The notes: generated by a model from the letters alone, not told the origin. A DNA stretch of 64,000 nt from the human T2T-CHM13v2.0 reference genome, Homo sapiens (GCF_009914755.1 NC_060947.1), one strand, 5' to 3'; shown: positions 1-17,382, counted from the stretch's first letter. Translations and numbers: made by a program.

Positions 1-1609
1 TTTTTGTTTTTAATTATATTGATCTCTTTTCACTCTTTCAAAATAAGTAAACTAAGCAAACCGTGAGTATTTTTTCACAATTTGCTCAATTTTAATCCAA
101 GGGCAAAATGAGGATTTAAAAAATCTCAATTTTCCAAGTCAGTAGAAGTAATAGGCACAGAGTTATTGAAATATGCAGCATAATTGTCATCATTTCTTGT
201 CTTCTCCAATCTTTTTCTTACCCAAACCCCAGATATTATTTTTACCTCTGTTGTAATCATATGGTGAAGCAACATAAAATTGCAGAAAGGCATGCTAATG
301 AAATCTACCCTAAACATGTCCAAAATTAAACTTTACAGAAAATAAGACAGTCCTATTTATAGACACAGTATTTTTATTCCATTGCTTCTATATAAGAAGT
401 ATATAAACATCTCCGATGGCTGAGTTTCACAGATAGTGACTAAATCTAATTTTGCAAATAATTGCAACCATCTGAAGGAGAAAATTGACTTGCTTTCCGC
501 TGTCATAATCTTGTCTTTCTTCTTCCCTAACTTTCTCTCTCCCAGTGCCCTTGTCAGAATCATTTAGCCTTTTCTTGGTGCTCTTATGCAGTGTTTACAT
601 ATACAGAGTGAAGTAAAGAAATCATTCTATCGGGATTTTATGTCTCCATGTTTTTAAGCACCTGGTAGATTATTACCTCATTTTTGGCAGGTAGCATGTC
701 TTATCTACTTTAAGTTTCCTGTTGTATTGCTCCGTATTTGGCACATATTAGACGTTATTAAATAAATACGATAATCAATTGCAATAAAATAAACCACAGA
801 GGATAAAGACAGAGAGGGGATAGATTCTCTATACTTAAATTTGACTCCAGATGCTTTCAGTCACATTTAATAATTTCCATATTCTAACAGCATTATATTT
901 GCTGCAGAAAAATATTCAATATTTTTCATTTTGTTAATGATATTTCCTGTTTTGGAAGCACTATGGATTCTTAGGATGAGAAGAAAGTTCGATGTTGATA
1001 AGGTTTTAGATCACAACAGTCATAAGCTTGATGTATAATTTGCCTTTTAAGACATGAGTAATTGCTCCTTTGTTTTTAAAAATATGTTGAATAAACCAAT
1101 CTATCTATAAACACTTTGCTTTTCAGGGGGCAACAACATTAAGACAAAACTATTCCTGTCCTTTAAAAATCTATTTTTAGAGTAACTTGTTTACAGATTC
1201 ATTCCAGAAAGCTGGAAATTAATGGGAAATAACTTGGGTGCTTAGTAGTATGAGAAAACTTCCAGATACTTATCGGAATGCACTTCCAGCTCTTAAAATT
1301 TACTCTAGTAGGAACAGTCTACTTATACAGTGGAAAAAGTGTGTTCTCAATGGTACCTCATCTCCAATTGATCTGTTCACTACAGTCTGGGGATATGTGT
1401 TATTAGTTTTGTGGGCAAATATCCTGCAAAGCATTCTCTCCAGAACAATATCTTGAATATTGTGTTTTGGATAGTTGGCATTCACAATATACATAATTCG
1501 ACTTATTTATGTGCCCATGGCAATTTAGTGCTTACATCAAATCATTAACTACTATTCACAGTCCTCCATATCCTATATGATAAACACAGTGAGATATACT
1601 TTAGATATC

Positions 1610-3829
1610 AGAAGACAAGAAATAACCAAATATCAGGGCTGAACTGAAGGAGATTGAGATAAGAAAAATCATTTAAAAGATCGCCAAATCCAGGATCTGT
1701 TTTTTTGCAAAAAAAAAAAAAAAAAATTAGATCACTAGATAGACTAATAAAGAAGAAAAGAGAGATGATTCAAGTAAACACAATCAGAAATGACTAGAGG
1801 GATATTACCACTGACTCCACAGAAATACAACCAACCACCAGAGAATATTATGAACACTTTTATGCACATAAACTTAGAAAATCTAGAAGAAATGGGTAAA
1901 TTCCTGGACCCATACACACATATACCCTTCCAAGACTGAAGCAGGAAGAAATTGAATCCAATAATCCAGACCAATAACGAGCTCTGAAATTAAGACAGTA
2001 ATAAATAGGCTACCAACAAAAAAAAGCCTAGAACCAGAGAGATTCACAGCTGAATTGTGCCAGAGGTACAAAGAAGAGCTGGTACCATTCCTACTGAAAC
2101 TATTCCAAAAAACTGAGGAGAAGGGACTCCTTAACTCATTCAATGAGGCCAGCATCATCCTGATGCCAAAACCTAGTAGAGATACAACAAAAAAAGAAAA
2201 CTTTAGGTCAATATCCTTGATGAACATCGATGCAAAAATCCTCAACAAAACCCTGCAAACCAAATCCAACAGCACGATCAAAAGCTTATCCAAGACATTC
2301 AAGTAGGCTTTATCTCTGGGATGCAAGGTTGGTTCAACATACACAAATCTATAAATGTGATTCATCACATAAACAGGACTAAAGACAAAAATCACATGAT
2401 TTTCTCAATAGATGTAGAAAAGGCTTTTGATAAAATTTGATATCTGTTCATGTTAAAAACTGTCAAACTAGATATTGAAGGAACATACATCAAAATAAGA
2501 GCCATATGTGACAAACCTACAGCCAACATTATACTGAATGGGCAAAAGCTGGAAGCATTCCCCCTGAAAACCGGTACGAGACAAGGATGCCCTCTCTCAA
2601 CACTTCTACTCAATGTAGTATTGGAAGTCCTGGCCTGGGCAATCAGCCAAAAGAAATAAATAAAGGGCATCCAAAAAGGAAGAGAGGAAGTCAAACTAAC
2701 CCTATTTGCAGACAACATGGCCTTTACCTAGAAAACCCCATAGTCTCAGCCCAAAAGCTTCTAAAGCTGATGAACAACTTCAGCAAAGTCTCAGGACACA
2801 AAAGCAATGCGCAAACATCACTACCTTTCCGATACATCAACAACAGTCAAGCTGAAAAGCAAATCAAGAATGAACTCCCATTCACAGTTGCCACAAAAAG
2901 AATAAAATACCTAGGAATACAGCTAACTAGGGTGGTGAAAGAACTTTTACAAGGAGAACCACAAACAACTGCTCAAAGAAATTGGGGGACACAAATGGGA
3001 AAAACATTCTATGCTCATGGATAGGAAGAATCAATATCGTTAAAATGGCCATACTTCCCAAAGCAATGTATTTTCAATGCTATTCCTATTAACTACCACT
3101 GACATTCCTCAAGAAGTAGAAAAAAACTATTTTAAAATCTTTATGGAACCACAAAAGAGCCCGAATAGCCAAGACAATCCTAAACACAAAGAAGAAAGCT
3201 GGAGGCATCATGTTACCTGACTTTGAACTATACTACAATGTTACAGTAACCAAAACAGCATGGTACTGGTACAAGAACAGGCACATAGACCAATGGAAAT
3301 AAGACCACACATCTACAACTATCTGATAGATCTACTATCTATCTGACAATCCTGACAAAAACACATAATAGGGAAAGGATTCCCTGTTCAACAATGGCAC
3401 TGGGAGAACTTTATAGCCATATGCTGAAGATTGAAACTAAACATCTTCCTTACACTATATACAAAAATTAACTCAAAATGGATTATAGACTTAAATGTAA
3501 AACCCAAAACTATAAAAACCCTGGAACACAACCTAGGCAATACCATTCAGGACATGGGCATGAGCAAAGATTTCATGATGAAGATGCCAAAAACAACTGC
3601 AACAAAAGCAAAAATTGACAAATGTAATCTAAAAACTAAAGAGCTTCTGCACAGCAAAAGAAACTAACAACAGAGTGAACAACAGACAAACTACAGAATG
3701 GGAGAAAGATTTTACAAACTACATATCTAACAACGGCCTAATATCCAGTATCTATAAGGAACTTTAATACATTTACAAGAAAAAAACAACCCCATTAAAA
3801 AGTGGCCAAAGACATAAACAGACACTTTT
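1610..3829 (+). mobile_element. Older primate LINE-1 ORF2 fragment (L1PA7-L1PA13 age class), truncated at both ends, with frameshifts
   Basis: Broken ORFs 2055-2306, 2450-2659, 2587-3024 and 3431-3667 translate to L1 ORF2 RT-region peptides ([35 protein letters not shown]). Confidence 0.95.
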
Positions 3830-4339
3830 CTTTTTATTTATTTATTTATTTATTTATTTTTGTTATACTTTAAGTTCTGGGATACGTGTGCAGAATGTGC
3901 AGGTTTGTTGCATAGGTATACATGTGCCATGGTGGTTTGCTGCACCCATCAACTCGTCATCTACATTAGGTATTTCTCCTAATGCTATTCACACTGTCTT
4001 CTACAATGGTTAAACTAATTTACACTCCCACCAACAGTATAAAAGCGTTTCTATTTCTCCACATCCTCTCCAGCATCTGTTGTTTCCTGACTTATTAATG
4101 ATCGCCATTCTAACTGGCGTGAGATGGTATCTAATTGTGGTTTTGATTTGCATTTCTCTAATGATCAGTGATAATGGTTTGTTGGCCACATAAATGTCTT
4201 CTTTTGAGAAGTGTCTGTTCGTATCGTTCGCCCACTTTTTGATGGGGTTGTTTGTTTTTTTCTTGTAAATTTGTTTAAGTTCCATGTAGATTCTGGATAT
4301 TAGCCCTTTGTCAGGTGGATAGATTGCAAAAATTTTCTC
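3830..4339 (-). mobile_element. L1PA7-like 3' end, internally deleted, tail-to-tail with the preceding L1
   Basis: (TTTA)n tail then TTATACTTTAAGTTCTGGG 3' terminus. Minus ORF 4010-4366 encodes the ORF2 C-terminus (CWRGCGEI). Confidence 0.9.
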
Positions 4340-5750
4340 TATGACCAAATCAGTCCAGGAAAGCATTAATGACAGGATGGCATGAAGATGCCCTCAGCAT
4401 GGAAAATAGTGAATGACTGAGTTACTCCAAGGAAAACAGGTGATGAGGGGGAATGACAGGCAGGGACACAATGCCCATGGTCTGGGAAACACAGTCCATG
4501 ACTGAGTCAATCCAGGTTAAAGAGTCGAGTACCAAACAGTCCAGGGAACACAGGTGACCACCTAGTCTTTTCCTGGCACACGGTTAACTGCTGAGTCAGT
4601 CCAGGGAAATGGGTTGAGTAGGGAGTCAGTCCATTGAAATGAGTTGAGTACCAAGTCAATTCAGGGAACCCAGTTGATGACCGAGTCATTCCAGGGCACA
4701 CAGTTAATTTGCTGAGTCAGTCCAGGGAAATGAGTTGAATACTGAGTCAGTCCAGGGAAATGAGTTGAGTACCAAGTCAATCCAGGAAACATAGTCAATG
4801 GTCAAGTTACTCCAGGAAAAAGAGTCAAAGACCAATCATCCCAGGGAAACAGTTGAGTACCAAGTCAATCCAGGGAACACAGTCAATGTCTGAGTCATTT
4901 TAGGGCACACAGTTAATTGCTGAGTCAGTCTAGGGAAATGAGTTGAGTACCAAGTCAATCCAGGGAGCATGGTCAATGACGAAGTTAATCCAGGGAACAT
5001 AGTTAATTACTACCGAATCGTTCAGGGAAAAGTGTTGAGCATTGAGTCAGTCCAGGGGAAAGAATCAAGCCCTGATTCAATCCTGGGGACACAGTCAATG
5101 ACCGAGTTAATCCAGGAAAAAAAAAGTTGATGACCAATCAATCCAGGGAAAACAGTTGAGTACTGAATCATTCCAGGGAAATCAGTCAAGTACCAAGTCA
5201 ATCCAGAGAACACAGTTGATTATTGAGTTAGTGTAGGAAAAACAGTGGATGATTAAATCAGTCCAGGGAAAACAGTTGAGTCACGTCATGGAACACAGTT
5301 GCAAAAGAATCAGTGTAGGGAACACAGTTAACTACTGAGTCAGTCCAGGGAAAAACAAACTTTGCTGTTTTCATACACTGAGAATGAAGAAGCACAAACT
5401 ATTGATACACAGAATATACGTAATTCTATTAAAAATATGCTGAGTGAACAAAGCCTTCGAGTCAGTCCAGGGAAAAGCATGGAGTACTGAGTCAATCTAG
5501 GGAACACAGTTGATGACCAAGTCAATGCAGGCAAGGAAGAGAGTCACATACCAAGTCAGTGCAGGGGAAAGAATTGAGCACCAAGTCAGTCCAGGGGAAA
5601 GAGTTGAGCACTGAGTCAATCCAGGGAACATAGTCAATGCCTGAGTTAATCCGGGAAAAAGACCACATGACCAATCAGTCAGGGAAAACAGTGGAGTACT
5701 GAATCATTCCAGGGAATAGTTGAGTACCAAGTCAATCCAGGGAACATAAT
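4340..5750. repeat. 30-bp-period minisatellite, consensus ~CTGAGTCAATCCAGGGAA(A/C)ACAGTTGAGTA, roughly 40 diverged units
   Basis: Units read directly at 4591, 4621, 4651 and 4681 are in 30-nt register; the AGTCA(A/G)TCCAGGGAA core recurs throughout. Confidence 0.9.
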
Positions 5751-6462
5751 GGATAACTATGTTAAAAAAAAAAAAAAGTATAACATAAACAACAACAATA
5801 ACAAAATACTGATGTATAGCTATGTTCATGCTTGATTTTCATTTCCAGTATTTAATATCTCCTATAACAATCACTAGTGTGCACATTCCTTCAAATTACA
5901 AGTAACACCCGAGGTCATCTTAATTCCAAATTAAACTTCCAAACCCAAATAGATCTGATGCACTTATTGATAGGAATTCCTAACAATACTATTGGAATTA
6001 TGAGTTTAAATTTTGACTAATATACCAAAATTCAACCACAGTAAAAATTCAAAACCGCTGCTGACCTTCTGTCAAAATTCCAAATGACATGAATATACTT
6101 AATATCTTCATAACAAGTACAGATGTCATTATTAGTTCAAATTTTAAATAACACATGCAAACACATGCACATTCTAATAAGTCATAGCATTCCTAGAAGT
6201 TCAAATTCTGAATGAGATTGATTACTTATTAACTTATATCCTAATTCAAATTCCAAAATGCAAATAAAACTAATAGCATACTTTGATGTACTTATTACTT
6301 TAAATTTTAAGTAACACTGATGTCTTTATTAGGTCTCTTGCTGATAAGCAAGTAACTTTGATACCAAGCTCAGGTGCAGTGATTAATTGTAATTTCATTT
6401 CAAATCCAAAGTGTAAATGAATCAGACCACAAGCATGGGTGCAATTTTAGGTTAAAATTCTA

Positions 6463-6769
6463 GGCCGGGCCTGGTGGCTCACGCCTGTAATCCCAGCACT
6501 TTGGGAGGCCGAGGCGGGCAGATCACAAGGTCAGGAGATTGAGAACATCCTGGCTAACACAGTGAAACTCCATCTCTACTAAAAATACAAAAAATTTAGC
6601 CGGGTGTGGTGGTGGGTGCCTGCAGTCCCAGCTACTTAGGAGGCTGAGGCAGGAGAATGGCATGAACCCGGGAGGCGGAGCTTGCAGTGAGCCAAGATTG
6701 CGCCACTGCACTCCAGCCTGGGCGACTGAGCAAGACTCCGTCTCAAAAAAAAAAAAAAAAAAAAAAAAA
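6463..6769 (+). mobile_element. AluY
   Basis: Full dimer with AluY diagnostics (ATCCTGGCTAACAC, GAATGGCATGAACCC, GGAGCTTGCAG), A-tail and TSD AAAATTCTAG. Confidence 0.95.
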
Positions 6770-7134
6770 TTCTAGTTAACGTTGGTGTGCTTATATAGTT
6801 CATATTTCAATTCCAGTTTCAATATTCAAATGACTCTGATTCCAAGCATGGAATAATTATTGACTCAAATTTTTCATGAAATTGTAGGTCTTATTAATTT
6901 GAGTTTCAATTCACTATTCAAAATCCAACTAACAGTGTTTTAACAAATGGTAAACTTATTCTAATTCCAAATATTCCTTGTAGAATTACCAGCTCAAATT
7001 TCAATTAAACATTTCAAATTTAAAATGTGGATAGCAGCAGAGCTGATTTTATTAAAGCTCATATTTAGAATGTCATTTATGTACTTATTTGTATATATTC
7101 TAATTATTAGTTAAATTTTCATGTAAAATTCTAA

Positions 7135-7491
<357 letters not shown>

Positions 7492-8778
7492 TAACACTGG
7501 TAGTCTTAACAACTCAAAATCCACTTAAAATCCCCAAATCTAAAAACACCCATTAATAAGGACAGGTAAACTTTTTAGACTCAGTGCAAAAATAACACTA
7601 GTGTAATTATCTCTCAAATTTCAATTAAAATTGCACTATATGTACATTTCCCCAATAACTAGCATTATTCCACTTATGTATCCAAATTCCAAATAACACT
7701 AGCTTACACATTAGATCAGATTCAAAATAATTGATTTTGATAAAACATGCTTGTGAAAATGTAATACTGCTTAGCTAACGTTATATATAAGTATGCTATC
7801 TTTATTTATTCAAACTAAATTCCCTAAAGTGAAAGATTAAAAGACAAAACAAAATACATTGATACAGTTATTTGCTCATATTCAAGATACCATTGGTTTA
7901 CTTATAAGTTCCAATTCCAGTGACAATTTTAAAATCCAAATAAACTTCATAGCAAGCACTACCTGATGTATGTTTTATTTAAAATTCTAAATAACACATA
8001 TGCCTTCACTTGAAAGTTTAATTTATATCTCAAAGTCCAATAACCCCAATTCAAAATCCTGGTGTACTTATTCTCATTAATGATAAATAACACTAATATA
8101 TTTATTCAATTATAATATATATTTAAAATTTCAAATTAACACTCTGGAATTTCCAATTGAAATTTTCAAATCCCAATAACACAAATAAGTTCCAGTAAGC
8201 ACACTTATTATTAGTTCCAAATGGAAATAACATTGGTTAATTATTAGCTCAAATTTATTTTTAAATTTCATAATCCAAATAAAGCAGATAACTCACAATT
8301 GTGCACTTACTGACTCAAATTCTCAATCACACTGATATACATACTGATTTAAATTGAAGTTGAATCCAATTCCTATTTCCAAATAACAGTAGTATATTTA
8401 CTGTTTGAATTCTGAAGTAAAATTAACAACACATAGTAAGACTGTAGCAAGGTCTGGTACATATATTAACCCCAATTCCAAATGACATTTATATACTTAT
8501 TAGCTCATATCTCACACCAAATTTCAATGCTCAGATATCTCTGGTAATAGGTACTTTGTCAATTATTAATTAAAATTCAAACTAACAGTAATCCACTTTT
8601 TCAAATTTTCAAATCACAGTAGTTTACCTGTGGGATCTAATATAAAATAACACTGTTTAACTTACTAATTCAAATTACAGTTCAACTTCCAAAACCAAAT
8701 AACTTTGATAACAAATACTGGTATACTTACTGTTTCGAATTCCCTAAAATATCGTTATTTTTGTTTGTTCAGAATTTA

Positions 8779-9098
<320 letters not shown>

Positions 9099-10833
9099 TT
9101 AAAATCTAAATAACTCCTAAAACAAGTACTGGTACACTTATTAATTCAAATTTCTGTTCAAAATGGTGAATTAAGAATTCGACAAAAAACTTAGCATTAA
9201 GAACACAATCAAAAGAGTTAACATATTAATTCTTAACACAGTACATCCACATTATGGTGTTTATGTGTGTTTTATTCCGTGGCAACAAGGTGCTTTGTGA
9301 AAAAATATTCTTCTGTGTTAATTTGTATTACAATTAGTAATAGTGCCTCCTTCATACAACATAAATATAGTTAATACACATAAGAGTTATCAATAATTAA
9401 ATTTTATTTAATTGACCAAGTTGTTAGTTACCAGTATGTAATAATTACTTCTTTTCTGTAATACATATTAGTATTTAAAGTATAATTATTACATTAACAA
9501 ATTTTTGAATAAGTCCTTTGTTTCTTAAGGATAAAATAATGTTTGTGTGTTTAATGAAAAGAAAACCACTCAGAATAAGTTGTTTGGGCAGCTAGAATTT
9601 TACTTTTGTTAATAGGAAGTATAAAATACCAAAAATCTATTAAGAGATGAGAATTGGATCTATGTAGAATAAATATTTTATAACAAATCATATTTTAATT
9701 TCTTCTTTTAGTCTTGCAGAACAGTAAAAGACATTTATTTTTGTCCCCCTCTAGCTTTGCTAAAGGTATTATCATAGTTTGGGAAACAACTTAGAGTTAC
9801 TGTCATTCTATTTAAAAATTTTAACTTGTTTTTTTTTAAATAACTGTTATATAGAAACATTGCATTATAACTTTCACTTCTAATTCAAGGAAATATGCTC
9901 TTAAATGGTCATTAATCCTAAGATCAGTTTTAACATTATGTGAATTAAACTCGTTGAATCAATAAATTGACATTTATTCTTTTATTTTAATGGCAATATG
10001 TGAGGAGAATTATTTCAATGAAGAAATAAATACTAAAGAAACTTCAAAATATTGAACAGGTATGTTGTAAACAAACAAACAAAAACCTCTCAATAATTTC
10101 TGTTTCACCTTAATTCTCCAAGTTTCCTTGTACATATCTAAAAAATTGATAAAAGCATATTATATATGCATATCAAATTCTCACTAAAATATGAAAAAAT
10201 AACATTATTCATACTATATAGCTCCTATACAAATTACTATATATATACTACATCTATCTATCTATCTATCTATACTATACTATAGGTATAGGCATATATC
10301 TATTTCGATACTTTCTATCGTGGAAACATTATCCAAATATAAATATAAAATTAAAAGCTTTCTAGACAGAGTTTAAAATTCAATCAGATTTGAAAGATAA
10401 GTGATATTCCCCTAGGCAAGGCCATGGCTCAAAGAGACCTTTAAACAACACACTGGGGCTACAATTTAACCAGTTTAAAAAATAAACAACTTATATTTTG
10501 AACTTCTCTGATAAACAAACAATAAATTTTTAATTATAAATAAAATTGTGTATTATATTAGATAAATTTAACATCTTACTGATAGGCAGTCATTACTACT
10601 TGTGAAGAACAACAAAAAACCTCTAGAGGGCAATTTCATTTATGTGTAATTCTGTGACTTGTAAACTCTGACAAGTGCTTCATTTTAATTTCTGTCATCA
10701 TACACATTCATATTTTATGTAATTACTTAGAGTTAATTCATTTATATTTATGAGCAAATTAAACAAATTTAAAATTAAAATGCCACTAATAAGTTTTTTC
10801 ACTTATTTCAGTGAATAAAAACGTTTGACCTGA

Positions 10834-11729
10834 GAGGAGCCAAGATGGCCGAATAGGAACAGCTCCGGTCTACAGCTCCCAGCATGAGCGACGCAGAAGA
10901 CGGTGATTTCTGCATTTCCATCTGAGGTACCGGGTTCATCTCACTAGGGAGCGCCAGACAGTGGGCGCAGGTCAGTGGGTGCAGCGCACCGTGCGCGAGC
11001 CGAAGCAGGGCGAGGCATTGCCTCACTTGGGAAGCGCAAGGGGTCAGGGAGTTCCCTTTCTGAGTCAAAGAAAGGGGTGACAGACGCACCTGGAAAATCG
11101 GGTCATTCCCACCCGAACACTGCGCTTTTCCGACGGGCTTAAAAAACGGCGCACCAGGAGATAATATCCCGCACCTGGCTCGGAGGGTCCTACGCCCACG
11201 GAGTCTCGCTGATTGCTGGCACAGCAGTCTGAGATCAAACTGCAAGGCGGCAGCGAGGCTGGGGGAGGGGCGCCCGCCATTGCCCAGGCTTGCTGAGGTA
11301 AACAAAGCAGGCGGGAAGCTCCAACTGGGTGGAGCCCACCACAGCTCAAGGAGGCCTGCCTGCCTCTGTAGGCTCCACCTCTGGGGGCAGGGCACAGACA
11401 AACAAAAAGACAGCAGCAACCTCTGCAGACTTAAATGTCCCTGTCTGGCAGCTTTGAAGAGAGCAGTGGTTCTCCCAGCACGCAGCTGGAGATCTGAGAA
11501 CGGGCAGACTGCCTCCTCAAGTGGGTCCCTGACCCCCGAGCAGCCTAACTGGGAGGCACACCCCCAGCAGGGGCACATTGACACCTCACACGGCAGGGTA
11601 CTCCAACAGACCTGCAGCTGAGGGTCCTGTCTGTTAGAAGGAAAACTAACAAACAGAAAGGACATCCACACCAAAAACCCATCTGTACATCACCATCATC
11701 AAAGACCAAAAGTAGATAAAACCACAAAG
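10834..11729 (+). promoter_or_regulatory. L1 5'UTR: internal sense promoter, antisense promoter and CpG-rich island
   Basis: YY1 core AAGATGGCC at 10842-10850, CpG-dense ~10850-11280, SOX-type AACAAA near 11300 and 11401. Function is taken from established L1 biology. Confidence 0.85.
11065..11280 (-). CDS. L1ORF0: L1 ORF0 (71 aa, primate-specific antisense ORF)
   Basis: MAGAPPPASLPPCSLISDCCASNQRDSVGVGPSEPGAG...RFSRCVCHPFL lies inside track ORF 11065-11349; its ATG is at 11278-11280 on the minus strand. Confidence 0.8.
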   Translation of the reverse strand: MAGAPPPASLPPCSLISDCCASNQRDSVGVGPSEPGAGYYLLVRRFLSPSEKRSVRVGMTRFSRCVCHPFL

Positions 11730-12741
11730 ATGGGGAAAAAACAGAACAGAAAAACTGGAAACTCTAAAAAGCAGAGCGCCTCTCATCCTCCAAAGGAACA
11801 CAATTCCTCACCAGCAACAGAACAAAGCTGGATGGAGAATGACTTTGACGAGCTGAGAGAAGAAGGCTTCAGACGATCAAATTACTCTGAGCTACGGGAG
11901 GACATTCAAACCAAAGGCAAAGAAGTTGAAAACTTTGAAAAAAATTTAGAAGAATGTATAACTAGAATAACCAATACAGAGAAGTGCTTAAAGGAGCTGA
12001 TGGAGCTGAAAACCAAGGCTCGAGAACTACGTGAAGAATGCAGAAGCCTCAGGAGCCAATGCGATCAACTGCAAGAAAGGGTATCACCAAGGGAAGATGA
12101 ATGAAATGAAGCGAGAAGGGAAGTTTAGAGAAAAAAGAATAAAAAGAAATGAGCAAAGCCTCCAAGAAATATGGGACTATGTGAAAAGACCAAATCTACG
12201 TCTGATTGGTGTACCTGAAAGTGATGGGGAGAATGGAACCAAGTTGGAAAACACTCTGCAGGATATTATCCAGGAGAACTTCCCCAATCTAGCAAGGCAG
12301 GCCAACGTTCAGATTCAGGAAATACAGAGAACGCCACAAAGATACTCCTCGAGAAGAGCTACTCCAAGACACATAATTGTCAGATTCACCAAAGTTGAAA
12401 TGAAGGAAAAAATGTTAAGGGCAGCCAGAGAGAAAGGTCGGGTTACCCTCAAAGGGAAGCCCATCAGACTAACAGCAGATCTCTCAACAGAAACCCTACA
12501 AGCCAGAAGAGAGTGGGGACCAATATTCAACATTCTTAAAGAAAAGAATTTTCAACCCAGAATTTCATATCCAGCCAAACTAAGCTTCATAAGCGAAGGA
12601 GAAATAAAATACTTTACAGACAAGCAAATGCTGACCGATTTTGTCACCACCAGGCCTGCCCTAAAAGAGCTCCTGAAGGAAGCACTAAACATGGAAAGTA
12701 ACAACCGGTACCAGCCGCTGCAAAATCATGCCAAAATGTAA
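11730..12741 (+). pseudogene. L1ORF1: L1 ORF1p (RNA-binding/chaperone), frameshifted
   Basis: MGKKQNRKTGNSK N-terminus (stop at 12102-12104) and MNEMKREGK...PLQNHAKM C-terminus lie in different frames. A 5-bp loss in the ATGAA repeat at ~12097-12105 relative to consensus explains this. Confidence 0.93.
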
Positions 12742-12777
12742 AGACCATCGAGACTAGGAAGAAACTGCATCAACTAA

Positions 12778-16629
<3,852 letters not shown>

Positions 16630-16842
16630 ACAATGAGATCACATGGACACAGGAAGGGGAATATCACGCTCTGGGGACTGTTGTGGGTTGGGGGGAGGGG
16701 GGAGGGATAGCATTGGGAGATATACCTAATGCTAGATGACAAGTTAGTGGGTGCAGCACACCAGCATGGCACATGTATACATATGTAACTAACCTGCACA
16801 ATGTGCACATGTACCCTAAAACTTAAAGTATAATAAAAAAAA

Positions 16843-16904
16843 TTAGAGCAGAGATAAATGAATTAAAGAATTAAAAATAGAGAAAAACATTAAAAAAAAA
16901 AAAA
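16843..16904 (+). other. L1-mediated 3' transduction (~49 bp) plus second poly(A)
   Basis: A non-L1PA2 segment lies between the L1 poly(A) and an A13 tract that abuts the 3' TSD; ATTAAA at 16862 and 16870. Confidence 0.8.
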
Positions 16905-17382
16905 GTTTGACCTGAAGGTTATGAAATTGTTCTATCTGTAGCGTCTCTGACGAAGGATACATATAAACATAATTTTCCTAAGATCTGGGACAGAGTGATT
17001 CCAGATTCATAATCGGAATTATTTGAATAGGGGATGTTTTTGTATCTCACTTTGTTTTTGGTGTTGATGCTCATTGGATTATGACAGTTGAGGTCACCCA
17101 TCATATCATGATTGTTTTGTTTTTCCCTTAGCTGCTGAGCAGCACCTGGAGCTCAGGTGACCCTCTATAAAGAGTTATCAATATTTATCTTACTTTTTCA
17201 TATGTCATATCACAATATGAAAGTTTTTATTAAACAACTCAATATGTAGAAAGTTTTTGGCAAATATCCGTCTTTAAAAAAAGGCATAACAGTTTTATGG
17301 ATTAATGAAAAGCCAAATTTTACGTTACATTATTTATTTTATTTAAAAATCTATCATCTTTCTATCTATCCATGTATGTAGC

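Noticed and set aside
4340-5750. 30-bp array as a CRISPR array or a coding 10-aa repeat (ESVQGNELST-like; shares ACTGAGTCAG with the 30-bp VCX repeat as I recall it)
   Set aside because: Units are contiguous with no unique spacers, there are no cas genes, and the context is eukaryotic. All frames have stops or frameshifts, and the VCX resemblance is limited to about 10 nt.
10808-11674. 288-aa minus-strand ORF
   Set aside because: It is an antisense reading of the GC-rich L1 5'UTR; only the embedded ORF0 frame has known support.
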